Part shown: in pieces, positions 12,610-24,760 of the stretch
How positions within the stretch are numbered: position 1 is the first letter of the stretch
Layout: every line of letters starts with the position of its first letter
Origin: Camelus ferus
Taxonomy: Eukaryota
Reading direction: 5' to 3'
DNA: 64,000 bases
Assembly: GCF_009834535.1 (NCBI RefSeq)
Contig: NC_045717.1
Span: forward strand, 15,500,001-15,564,000
The notes under the pieces: model-generated
The model's input: the letters and a program-made list of their open reading frames with translations, nothing else
Told to the model about the DNA's origin: nothing
The model's database searches: none
Translations under genes and position numbers: made by a program

Positions 12610-12726
12610 CAATCTCGCAGTTCTCTCCGGTGAAGCCCTGGTCACAGCTGCAGCCATACATGGTACCATTGGCTTCACAGGTGCCCCCATGCAGGCAAGG
12701 ATTGTTCTCACACGGATCCAAGGGAA
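12610..12726 (-). CDS. NCAN: NCAN exon 9 (EGF 1), 117 nt
   Basis: [39 protein letters not shown]; CAG/GTGAG. Confidence 0.95.
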
Positions 12727-14415
12727 CTGAAGGATGGACAGACATTGCAGGAAGGAGTCGGACCGCCAGGTCTGCCTTCTGGGAATCCAAACCTCCGACC
12801 CCTAAGGGCATTCTCCCTCTCTGTGGAGTCCCCTCTATAACGTCCCAATAAGTGATTGTGAACTTCCTCTAGCATGCCCCTGTGATGAGCTTACTCTTTC
12901 TAGGAACTGCCTCAAAGCATCTGCATGTGGCATAGGCCTTCCTTGGACTGAACTAGAATGGGCTTCCTGCAGCCTCTCTTAGGAAGTCTCCTAGAACCTG
13001 GGTTTAGTGCCCCCCTGACTTGTCTCCCTCATCTAGACATGCCCTACTGATCACTGTGCTTCTCATTCTTTGGGGCAAAAAAGGGGACATAGGTTCCAGA
13101 TGGGTATGAACAGTTCTGGAACCAGAGGGAACCATCACCTCCCTCATCCTTGTGGTTCAACCTCTGCTGATGCAACCTCAGTGGTTATAGTGTGGAGAAG
13201 TGGTGGATTATAGCAGTTACAACCATAGGCTGAGCAATCAGAGAGGCTGGTTCAATCCCTACCTCTGCCACTCACTAGGGGACCCTGGGCAAATCACTTC
13301 TGTGAATCTCAGTTGCCTCATTTACAAAATGGAAATAAAAATAGCTCCTCCCTGTCTCCCAGTTCTGACTATAATGCCGTATCTGGCTCTGTGTATATCA
13401 GCCTGGGGCCTCTTGAGGGGACTCAGTGTTGCTTACCATGGACAGGGCACCCAGGGGACATTGAGGAATGTGAGGCCCTGTCCCCTTCTCTCATCATTGT
13501 GCAGTTGGGCTTCCCTGGAGGCAGAAGGGTCTCCCCTCCCCATCTCAGGGGCCCAGATGCCTTGGTGGGTGGACTCTATTCTGAAGCTTTGGAGGAGCAG
13601 AGCAAGATCCCTCCATGTACCCCAGATGACATCCACCCCTTGTCAGGGCAGTGTCAACCCTTCCACCACAAAATACTAGAACCGAGACCCATAGAAGGGC
13701 AGGGCCTAGCTCAAAGCCACATAGCGGGACAGTACAAGAGCCAAGACTACAAAAGCCTAAGGACTCTGGAAGCCCAGTTAAAGGCCATCTCTCCAGCCCC
13801 TATAACCTAGAATTTGTTTCTGTTTTGTCCTGGTCTGGGGCCTCACAAGAAACTGAGATGATCACAAGCAGTCACCTCTTCTCTGGTCTTCTGGCCTCTA
13901 CTTTCATCTTCCACAGGTTGTTTTCCCCACAGTTGCCAGAGGGAGCCTATGTAAACCTGAGTCAGGTCATGTCCTTCTTTCTGCCTAGACTCCTCCATGG
14001 CTCCCCATTGCCCTCACAGGAGAAGCTAAAGTCCTTACCACAGCCTATAGGGCCCTGTGCAGTCTTCTCCAATATCTCCCTGCCCTACTTTCTCCTCTCC
14101 TCCTCTACCCACTTCACTTACTCCGTTCCAGCCACACTGGCTTTGCTGTTTCTCCTACACACCAAGCACAGGCCTACCTCAGGGCCTTTGTACAAGCTGT
14201 TCCTCTGTCTGAACTGCACTTCCCCCAGATCTCTCCATGGCTCCTCCCTCACCTCCTTCAGGCTTGCTCAAATTTCAGCCTAATCCCTCTTCCAAAACCA
14301 AAACCCACCCACTAGCATCCCCTACTCCTTGCTTTACCTTTCTCTTTTGTCTTTATTACTTTCTAACCTCCAATATAATTTATTAGGGTCATTGTTTCTT
14401 ATCCATGTCTCTGCC

Positions 14416-14625
14416 CAGAGCAATGATGTTCCACATGGCAGTCACATATGGCTATTTAAGTTTAAATTAATTAAAATGGAATAAAAGTTAAAAAGCAGTT
14501 CCTCAGTCTCACTAGCCACATTTCAAGTGCTCAGTAGCCATGGGTGGCTGGTTGCTATCATATTAGACAGTGTAGCTCGAGAACATTTCCATCATTGGGA
14601 AAGTTCTAGAGTGTTGCTCTAGAAT
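14416..14625 (-). mobile_element. MER3 (hAT-Charlie) DNA transposon inserted in an L2 fragment
   Basis: cagttcctcagtctcactagccacatttcaagtgctcagtagcc...gaacatttccatcatt...aaagttcta. Confidence 0.75.
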
Positions 14626-15323
14626 GTCAGCTCCCAGAAGACAAGGGACTTGGTCTCAACATGGTGCCTGGAATACAGCAGGCACTCAATAGTTGCTTGC
14701 TAATTGAATGAAGGTAGACGCTGTCCCTCCTGCAGTGGCTGAAGCCTGTCTTTAGGGCAGTGGCATGTACCCACTGGGGGATGGCCGAGAGGGCTGTAGC
14801 TATGTCTGTGCCTGGTGCCACCCTAGCACGTGCATGTACACGCGTGGGACTGCCAGGCGTGGGGATGTGTAAGCCCCGCCAGGTGCCCTGAGCTGCTGAC
14901 ACCTGCCCACGGACTGGCGGTGACTCAGTCGCTTGCTGGTGCTGCATTTATTTTTGGCTTCATTAGCATTTCTGCTGCAAGCAGTAGGTGGGTAGGCACC
15001 CGGGTCTCCCCCAGCACTGGCTGCCTCTCCCACCCTGGCTGCCAGTGGCTTGAATCTGGAGCCAAAAAACCAGCAATGTCCAAGACAGATTCAGCTGTGG
15101 CCCTGGGGGCTCCTCCCAAAGCACCTTCCTTAGCATCCCTCTACATGGCTTCCCTCCCGCCTTTCTGATCATCCCTTCTCTAGTTCCTTTAGCAAGGAGC
15201 CTCCTTCCCTCTGCCCATCCCCCACAACCAGTCTCTTCTCTAGCTACCCCGGTAAGCTTACCCCCTCCCCAAGGCCCAAGGGTTTTGTTTTGTTTTGTTT
15301 TCAATGACAATGAAATAAGCATC

Positions 15324-15428
15324 CTTTTCCCCCCTTAACGGAGGCACTGAGGATCAAACCCAGGACCTCGCGCGCACACGCACGCACGCCAAGCATGCGC
15401 TCTACCACTGAGCTATACCCCCCACCCT
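15324..15428 (-). mobile_element. tRNA-Ala-derived SINE with 13-bp target-site duplication
   Basis: A/B boxes on minus; TGAAATAAGCATC at 15311-15323 and 15429-15441. Confidence 0.85.
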
Positions 15429-15753
15429 TGAAATAAGCATCTTATTTCTGTGATTGAGACCGAGACTGCTATCAGACAGCCTGGTTTCAAATCTTATCCT
15501 TGACACTCCCCAGCTGCATGACTTTGCACAAGTCACTTGACCTCCCTGTGCCTCAGTCTCCCCATCTGTAAAGTGAGGACCATACTAGAACTTGTTCCAC
15601 AGGGCCATTAAAACGATTAACCAAGGTGATTCCAGTAAAGTGCTCAGAACAAGCCACATACACAGGCAGTCACTGATAAGCATCAGACTTTACTGATGCC
15701 TGTGCCCCTGCCCATGGTCCGCCTGCCTCCTGGGCATCTTAAAAAAAGATTTG

Positions 15754-15886
15754 AGGGGGAAGGTATAGCTCAGTGGTAGGGTGAGTGCTTAGCATGCTCA
15801 AGGTCCTGAGTTCAATCCCCAGTACCTCTATTAAAATAAATAAATAAACCTAATTACCTCCCCTTCAACAAAACAGAACAAAAAAA
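15754..15886 (+). mobile_element. tRNA-Ala-derived SINE
   Basis: GGTATAGCTCAGTGGTAG...GAGTTCAATCCCCAG...TAAATAAATAAACCTAATTACCTCCCC tail. Confidence 0.85.
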
Positions 15887-16899
15887 TTATATGAAGGATG
15901 TGAAAAAGAATTTTTAAAAAAGAGATGTGGCCCCAGACACAGCCCAGAGATGACAGGGTGGGCGATGAAACCCTGTATCCGCTATTTCCATCACCACGAC
16001 ACTTTGCCTTCAAAAAAAGGAGCAAGTGTAAAACCAATTGTGTTAATAAGAGTGTTCTCCAACTCAGAAAAAGTGCCTTTTAATTAGCTTCTTCTTCTTC
16101 TTCTTTTTTTTTTTTTTTTAAAGCTCACTTGACCAGAAAAATAGCTCAATGTGGCAGGCCCTTAAAAATAAAGGGCTGGAATTTGCAGGCTGAGCTGTGG
16201 GCAGACCTGGTCCTAGGAGAATAGGCTTTCTCTGGACTCCGCTGGGCACGTGTGGACTTAGTTGCCAAATGAAGTTCAATCACGACTAGCTGGTAGTGTT
16301 ATATCTCCCAGAGCCTCAATTTGCTGTCTACAAAATGGGGGTGATGCCCACCACTCCCACTCCTTCCCAGCACCCACTTTCCCTGTGGCTTGAGGTTATC
16401 TGCACCATTGAATTCCAGTTGCAATTCTCACTTGTCCAGGAAGCCCTTCCTGCCATCCCTCCTCCCTCCAGCCCCACCCTGGGGCGTGTGTCTGTGTCCA
16501 GCTCTGTCTTCCCCAGACTGAGGCATCACTGAAGGTAGAACTCGAGCATACACAGCACTGTTGGCTCAGAGTGGACATGAACGTGATTTGTTGATCGTAC
16601 TCATCCCCAAAACCAAACTCCACCCAACGCCTCATCATTCTCTCATTACTCGCTGTGCATGAAACACACCAAATACAACTTCACCTCCTGGCCTTTGCCC
16701 AGGCTAATGCCTCTGCCAGGAACACTCTTTTTGCAATTCAAACTCTGCCTGATAAACTCCCACCTTCAACATCATCCCTTGCTAGAAACATTTCCAGACA
16801 CCCAAGAACAACCCTTCCTCCCAGCTCTGGGCTACCCCAGCCTCTGGTCCCCAAGCACCACCACAGTGGCCTGGATGAGACCGCAAGCTTTGAACTCAC

Positions 16900-18372
16900 C
16901 CTCCTCTGCACTCTCATTTGCAGGGGTCCCTGGCAGGGCTGGCTCCTCTCCACTTGCTGCCTCCTCCCAGAAGCCCTCCACACCTGGACTCCCTGCCAGG
17001 ACCTCCAGCTCAAATTCCGCTGGGCCCAGGGAGGAAGGCAGCTGGGTGCTGGAGGAGTCCCAAGGCATGGTAGGCTCCCCCGAGGTAACTGAGATGGGCT
17101 CGTCCAGGCTGGCTGCTGTCGGTGTCCAAAGAGGAAGAGCGGGCTCCCCTGGGGGGCTGCCGTCAGCCAGAGGTGCCAAGGCTCCTGGGGTTTCCTGAGT
17201 CACCACCTGGCCCTCCGGCTCTGGGTGGGGTTGGGAGCTTGAGGAGGCCATTGTGGCCATGGCCAGGACCCCAACCTTGCCCCCCAGGTCCTGGGACATG
17301 CGGGAAGTCACCATACTTGTATCCACAGCCACTTGAGGGCTCACAGTGGGGCTTTCAGCTCCCTCAACCACATAGGATCCAGGTTCCCAAATCCCACCAG
17401 CATCACTGGGATCCAGTGTGGCCGTGGTATCCATGGAACCCACTGGGGCTCTTCCATCTACAGCAGCCCAAGGCTCCAAACTTGAGGTGACCTTGGGCAT
17501 CAGGGAGACTCCAGGACCCCCCGAGGTTGCAGATGAGGGGTGGGGGTCTAGCCCTTCACTGTGAGGTGAGGACCATGTGTCCTGTACCTCATCCATGGTG
17601 GCCTGAAAGCTGGAAGTGGGGTTCTCTGCTGTGCTGAAGACCCCAGACTCAGGCCCTGAGATGCCTCTGGCTCCCACGGGCTCACTGGCAGGCTCAGTGG
17701 GAGTGGAATCTGGCACCACATTCCTGTCCACAGAAGTCTGTGGGCTGATTCTGGGGCATTCAGCTTTGCTGAGCCCAGTAGGGCTAGTTCCCTCCGTTTT
17801 CCTGAAGTCTGTCTCGGGGGAGTTAGGACTGGCTCCAGCTTGTGTGTCTGTGGCTGCCTGCAAAGGGGCTGTAGTACTCCCTGTTCTGTGGCTGCTGAAC
17901 GTCAGGGATGTGGCCTCTCCACCTTGTCCTGTCAGGCCTGAGGAGGGCAGGGAGTACATTTCTGGATGAATGGGGTCCTGGAGGCTGGTCTCTGAGTCAG
18001 AGTCAGGGGAAGGTGGGGCAGCGACCATGGCCTCACTATACTCCTTGACCCCAGTGGCGGTGGGGAGAGACGTAGGGTGTGATAGAAGCCACAGTTTGGG
18101 GGCACGAAGCATGGCCATGACAGGGAGGTCTGGAGAAATGACCATGGGGGATGCTTCCCAGGGGGCAGTGCTGGGGCCCTTCAAGGGGCTGGGAGCAGAG
18201 CCAGTAGCCTCTGAGGCAGACCAGGGTAGGTCGAGGATGGCTGGCCTCACACTGGGGCCCTTGGCTTCCTCTAGCTCCAGGTCAAGGGCTCTGCTGGGGT
18301 CAGGGATGATGGGTGGGACCATGGTTGGGGGCCACAGCCAGGACTCTGGGGGGGTCCTGCCACCAGGGGAAC
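16900..18372 (-). CDS. NCAN: NCAN exon 8 (central GAG-attachment region), 1473 nt
   Basis: Part of ORF 16832-19015; CAG acceptor at 18375-18373, GTGAG donor at 16899; Ser-Gly-acidic motifs; contains [12 protein letters not shown]. Confidence 0.94.
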
Positions 18373-18570
18373 CTGCAAAAATATCAACAGTAATCATAAT
18401 TATCTCTCTGCAGCTTCTTCTGCTGAGTGCCTCCTTGGCTCCAGGCCTGAGGAAGAGGGGTCTTCTGGAGGCTTGGTGAGGCCAGGGGACCCAGGTGTGA
18501 TTCAAAGCCTCCTCCCCTGTTCCCCTTAGATTCCCAGGCAGGTCCCATCTCCCCCTTGGACCCCACTCAC

Positions 18571-19167
18571 CAGCTCCAGGCACATCCACCTCATTGGTCA
18601 ACACAGCCCAGGGGCTTTGGCTCCGGCCACTCCCCAAGGCATCTGTGGCTTCTGTGGCCAAGGGAGGCTCCACGTAATTCCCAGCAACCTCTGGAGTAGG
18701 GGTCTGGATGCTGGCCTCGAGCCCCCCCTTCAGCCCTCGCTGGGGTTCCTGTTGCTGGAAGTGGCGCCCGTTCAACCCTTTAAAGCGCCCCCTCCTCCTG
18801 GGCATGATGCTGGCTGCGGTTGCCTCTGTGTGCATGCCCACTGCAGTGCCTGCCTCCACGGTGCTGGGGCTGGGGGCCACAGTGCTCAGCCACTCCTCCT
18901 CAGCCTCCAGGGCAGGCACTGAGGCTAGCGTGGGTCTCCCAGGGGCAAGGCTGGGGGTCTCTTGAGACTCCTGCTTCTCTGCCAAGATCAGAGGCTCTTC
19001 CTCCCCACTGGACATCAGAGGCTCCTGGAAGTCGGGAGTGACTACCTCCTCCTCCCCCAGGCTAGGCTCCAGCTCTTGGGCAGGGGGCCCTTCTGCCGAC
19101 AGAATTTCCCCCTCATCCCCAGACGAGGGGGTCTCTGGGTCTCCATGTTGTGATGTAGGGTGATGAG
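18571..19167 (-). CDS. NCAN: NCAN exon 7 (GAG region, N-terminal part), 597 nt
   Basis: [27 protein letters not shown]...[18 protein letters not shown]...EVDVPGA; CAG/GTGAG. Confidence 0.94.
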
Positions 19168-19910
19168 CTGTGGGAGAAAGCAGAAGAGGGTGTGTTAGGC
19201 CCAGGAGCTGTTGGTATGTTCTGCCTGAAGTCTACCCACATTGCAGCATGCTGCAGCACAGATTTTCTATATCTCTGTCTCTCCATGCCCCCTCTGTCAC
19301 TCTGGCTTGTTCCTGGGATCCCCTGGACTGAAAGATGGAGGTATAAAGTTATCATCCCCACTGTTCAGGCTAGGGCCCACTGTCAAGATCTGTTAACTGG
19401 TCATGGAAAAGGATCAAGAGACAGCTTGGCTGGTGGGTAAAGCTCAGGCAGTGGACAACTCTCAGGGGGGCCGGTCAGACCAGGGCCATGGCTCTTCCCC
19501 TGGGAGAGGAAGAGCCTAATGGGCATGGCCTTCCGACGAAGAGATTTTTTCCCCCTCTTACACGTAAGACAGCTTCTTGGAGTTGAGATTTGCAGCTTCT
19601 GAGGGTGTGGCTCGACCCGAAGGGTCATCCCCGGTCCTGTCTCTCGGGGTGGGGCCTCGTTCAGGGGTCGTGGCTAGCCAAGGCATCGCTTCCTCCTAAG
19701 GGGTACTCATGGGCGTGGCTCCAGTAAGAAACGGTCCATCCAGGGGTGTTTCTCAGGGACCTCAGCCGCTAAACAGGACTTCCCCCACCAGAGCTTGGCT
19801 TTCCCTGGGGTCGTCCTCTCGCAGGGCGGGGGTCCTACAGAAAGACTGTCTCAGGGGCGTGACCTTCCCCAGGGGGCGGAGCAAGTTTTCACGTGTGTCT
19901 CCCCTGCCTA

Positions 19911-20462
<552 letters not shown>

Positions 20463-20890
20463 TCACCACAGCATCACGATGCCGTTACCTCTCACTCAGT
20501 GCTAAGAGGGGGGACTTCAGTTTCTTTTCTACAAGTGAGGTAACTCAGGCCCTTCAACAGGTTGCACATCAGAGAGAGGGAAAGGCTTGGTGAGGAGGGG
20601 CTCAGTGAGTAGGAAGGGGAAAGTGAGGCAGGGACGGGGGGAGGATAGACTCAGAGAAGGGGAAAAGTCCTCAGAGAGGAAAGGGGCTCAGAAAGATGGA
20701 AGGGGCACAGAGAAAGAGAGGTGTTCAGAGCGGGGAGGAAAGCTCAGGAAACCGGTGGGCCCAGGTGCTGGCTGCAGGTTTAGAGAGGGATGAGACTTGG
20801 GAGAGCTGGGCAAGGACTTAGGGAAGGATGGGGGTTAGGGAGGGTAAAAGAGCTCAGGGAAGGTGGGGGTTCTGCCAGCCCCAGACTTAC

Positions 20891-21018
20891 CCCCCAGCTC
20901 ACGGGCAAAGCAATACACATCGTAGAGTTCCCGTGGGTCTCGCCTCCCATAGTTCCTCACCCCTGGAAGGCTGCTACGGTCACCATAGCAACCAGGACGG
21001 GACTGGGTGATAGGATAC
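20891..21018 (-). CDS. NCAN: NCAN exon 5 (Link module 1, C-terminal part), 128 nt
   Basis: Manual translation [42 protein letters not shown]; CAG/GTAAG. Confidence 0.96.
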
Positions 21019-21128
21019 CTGACAAGACAAGGTGGGGGTCCCTCTCAGATGTGTGCTCCTGGGGCCCCCAAGGACCATCTTTCTCCAGGGGCTAGCTCTC
21101 CATCTCCCTACCCTGTGTACCCCCTCAC

Positions 21129-21303
21129 CGAACAGTGCGGTCAGAGAGCCACCCGGCATCACAGTTGTCAAAGCCATCCTCAAAGGCAGCCTGCAGATGC
21201 CGCGGGGCTGCAATGGTGGCAGAGCTGAGACTGCAGGCCTCCTGGGCCTCAGTGAAAGTCAGCGCGTAGCGATCTCGGGCTGCTCGGTAGTGGAACACAA
21301 CAC
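21129..21303 (-). CDS. NCAN: NCAN exon 4 (Link module 1, N-terminal part), 175 nt
   Basis: Manual translation [58 protein letters not shown]; CAG/GTGAG. Confidence 0.96.
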
Positions 21304-21446
21304 CTGTGGGGGAACATCCAGGATAGAGGGTTGATTTATGCTGGAATCTTCAAGAACAGACCTCCCTCTTGCAGAATGCCCCGCCACTACCCAGTCTGAT
21401 AATAAGAGACCTACTGCCCTATACTGCCCTGTACCACATCTGTTCA

Positions 21447-21467
21447 CTCAGCACCAGAGACAGCGCT
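21447..21467 (+). promoter_or_regulatory. Second, weaker RE1/NRSE candidate in NCAN intron 3
   Basis: CTCAGCACCAGAGACAGCGCT, 17/21 match with canonical spacing. Confidence 0.5.
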
Positions 21468-22953
21468 ATGGGGAATGATGGGAAGTGAGACTGCTATGCC
21501 CCCATTTAGCAGATGAGGAAACTGATTAACAATGGCCATAAAGGGCTAGAATTTGTCAAATATTTGCTATGTAAAAGGCATTTATAAACATTATCTCACT
21601 GAAGTCTTACAACAACCCTGTGATTATCCCCATTTGCAGAGGAAGAAACTAAGGTCAGAAAGGGTGAGGGATAGGTCTAGGGTCACACTAGTATTATAAG
21701 GGGAAGCCAGAATTTATATCCTGGAAGATCTGACTCCAAAGATAGTACTCTTCATGCCCAGGGTTAGGCTCTGGAGGTGACAGGAGGCATGGAGAAGAGT
21801 GAGAGAGAGAGAGATTCTGCCTTTTTGGAATTAAGTACATGCACTGATAGGGGAAGCACAGCCAGCAATGGGCGATCAAATGTGGTTCTTGCCCAACTTA
21901 GAAATGGAGTCACAGAAGGCTTCCTGAAGGAGGTGATGTGTAAGCCAGGGTTCACTGTGACTCAAATTCTGACTTAAGGTTGAGAGAAATGGCCAAGCAA
22001 GATGATGGAATTAAACATTTCGCTCCATCTTATCAAACTGAGAGCTCCTGGAAGGCAGCACCTCCATTTCAGTCATGGCCATGTCCTCAGCACAAGGCTA
22101 GCATCTGGTAGCGGCTCAATAAATGTTTGGCTGAATGAATGAACTGAACAAATCTGGAGGTAGCATTCCCTTCTTTCACCATTTAGTTTTCTTCGAAGTT
22201 TATCAGTTATGAGAACCAGGGTCTTGGAAAGGGGATGACTGACCCCCCAAATATGTAGTGAGACACTGTTGGATGGGGAAACACTGTGCACCAGAACAAG
22301 GGGTGCAGGGACTTTGCCCATGGCCAACATAGGTTAAGGGAAATTGACTTCCCAGGAGTCCACCGGATGTTCTCCACACAACAATACATTTGTTGTGTTA
22401 TTCATCAAATTACTGTTGAGCATCTTCTGTGTGCCATGTCCTGTTCTAGGACTTTGCTTTAATAATTAAAAAACTTTTTTTTTTGCCTTGTTCGCCTTGA
22501 TCAGTTTGGAAAACAAACTACACTGGATATTTCAACATAAAAAATTTAATACAGGAATTGCTTAAAGAGGTATTTGAGGACTGTTATTTACTTAATATGT
22601 ATTTTCAATTGACTTTTTTTAAAAGAACTACACTTTTAAAAAACATGTATTTATTTTAAAAGGAAATTTGTATTCCTATTTTAAGTAAAAAGCCAATATC
22701 TTTTGCCTTATGTGAAAGTAGGTAACCATGAAATGGACTTAAAATAAGGCTATGAAATCCTGTGAAATGTTGTGGTCATAAGAGACTGAGCCAGAGGCTG
22801 CTCTTTCTTAGCTTAAAGACTTTTCTTAAAGACCCATAGGGATTTTCGTTGTGACTTTATCAGAAGAACTGAAAGCGCATCACTGTTCTAAGGTGACATT
22901 CAGTGGATGGGCATCCCGTCCCAGCCTTGGTCCCTCCCCTTCCCCCAACTGAC

Positions 22954-23367
22954 CCGTCACCTCCAGGGGCACCAGGTCCTGCTCATCCTCGATGCCCCTC
23001 ACCACCTGGCAGCGGTAGAGCCCGGAGTCGCTGGCCCTCAGTGGCCCCAGTAGCAACGTGGCATTAGCCCGGTGGCGGGGGTAGGCAGGTAGTGACACAC
23101 GTCCCTGCCAGCCCTTGGCCACTCGAACCACGTTGTCCTTGGCCACTAGGATGGGCAAGTCCTGCCGCTGGCCTGATGCAGTCCGCACCTTGGTCCACTT
23201 GATCCGAGGGGCTTCTCGGGCTGCACCTGGCCGTGGCCGCAGGGTGAAGAGACAGGGCAGGGCCACCAGCTCTGCCAGCGCGGCCCGCACCGACCCAGAC
23301 CCCACCTTCTGCATGTGGAGCCCCTTCTCGGCAGCGGCAGCAGCAGCAGCAGTGGTGTCCTGTGTGC
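22954..23367 (-). CDS. NCAN: NCAN exon 3 (Ig-like V domain), 414 nt
   Basis: [18 protein letters not shown]...LPCLF...RIKWTK...[25 protein letters not shown]; CAG/GTCAG. Confidence 0.97.
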
Positions 23368-24263
23368 CTGGGGTGGAGAAGGCGAAGAGAGGGCCTGAGT
23401 CAGTGGCAAGGGCCAGCAAACACCACTATTTTCCTCACTTTACAGATAGGGAGACTGAGGCCACAGAGGTTAGGTTGTCTACACAACATCACAATGCACA
23501 GATTTGTGATCTGTACCCTGATCTGTGAGCAGAAAAGAAATAATGGGGTGAAATCCCTTCATAGTTCTGCCTCCACTCAAAGTCCAGATCCTCTGGGCCA
23601 GGGATTTGACTCTCAGTGTCACTGACTCACTACATAGCCATGGGAAAGTCTTCTCTGAGCCACAGTTTCCCCAAAAGTTAAATGAGAGGCAGCCATTGAA
23701 AGGGGAGTAGTGTTTGTGGAGTACCTTCTATATAACAGGCTCTTTATAAATAGCAATCAGCTCATTTGATTTTCATAACCATCTGCATAGGTAGCCATGG
23801 CTCATCCACTTTTGGGTGACTTGAGGAAATTGAGGCTCAGAGATATCATTGCACTTGCTTGAGGTCACAGCAAATCAGGAGGCATTTCTAAAGTCTGGGC
23901 TTTTGACCACCACTGGGGAGATGCTAGGGAGAGGCACATAGACCTTTATTTCTATTGCCCCACCCATGGCAGGCATCACTAATCAATCTTCATACTATTC
24001 TCTCTTTTCTCTCTCTCTCTCTTCAGCTCATCTCAGCAAAACAGTGAGAGGCGGGAACCTCTAGCCTCCGCAGGCAATGACTAAAAATAACCTTTCAGGT
24101 GTCTTGTTCACTTTTGACTGTTCAAAGACTTTTTTCATCTATTCTCTTTTTATTTTCCAGACCAAGCCAGAGAACCAGCAGGATAAGGCTCTCAATTTAA
24201 AAAGCTGCCCCATCTTGTCAATTCCCCAGATCCCGACTTCTCCCACCCCCCAAGCCAACTCAC

Positions 24264-24336
24264 CCTGTTCCCCAGCCACAATAAGCAGCATCTGGAGAAT
24301 CAGGAGGCCCAAAGCCCAGACAGACATGGCCCCCAT
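24264..24336 (-). CDS. NCAN: NCAN exon 2, coding part (signal peptide); exon starts at 24343 with 7 nt of 5'UTR
   Basis: MGAMSVWALGLLILQMLLIVAGEQ; ATG at 24336; CAG acceptor 24346-24344; GTGAG donor. Confidence 0.95.
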
Positions 24337-24399
24337 CCTGGACCTGAAACAAGATGGAGAGGGAGGGAAGGGTGAGTACAACCCTCCTAGACAGTCGGC

Positions 24400-24760
24400 A
24401 TGAAAAGACCAATTCCTCCCACTCTGTAGATCTGGAAACTGGGCTCAAAGAGGCCACTTTGTCTCTCAAGGCTGCACAATCAGCAAGCAAGGGCTGAGCC
24501 AGGATTTGAACCCAGGACCAGCTGGCTTCAGAATCCCAGCAGTAAAGTCTTATGGTCAGAGCATGAGTGCTAGAGTGAATCAAACCTGGGATTGTCTCTC
24601 TGCCTGCTCCTTGCTGTGTGACCTTGAGCAAGTAGCTTAACTTCTCTATACCTCAGTTTCTTTGCAGGTCAGATGGGGATAACATCAGGCAGTTGGAAGG
24701 AATAGATGAGTCAATATTGTCAATACATATAAAATGCTTCGAACTGCCTGGCATGAAGGA
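24400..24760. mobile_element. Adjacent MIR fragments in opposite orientations
   Basis: gagccaggatttgaacccagg; gtgtgaccttgagcaagtagcttaacttctctatacctcagtttc. Confidence 0.65.

Noticed and set aside
13651-14283. 210-aa plus-strand ORF in NCAN intron 8
   Set aside because: Mostly overlaps a pyrimidine-rich L2 fragment
20979-20992. RFX X-box GTCACCATAGCAAC
   Set aside because: Lies in NCAN exon 5 and is explained by the codons for the conserved GCYGD Link motif
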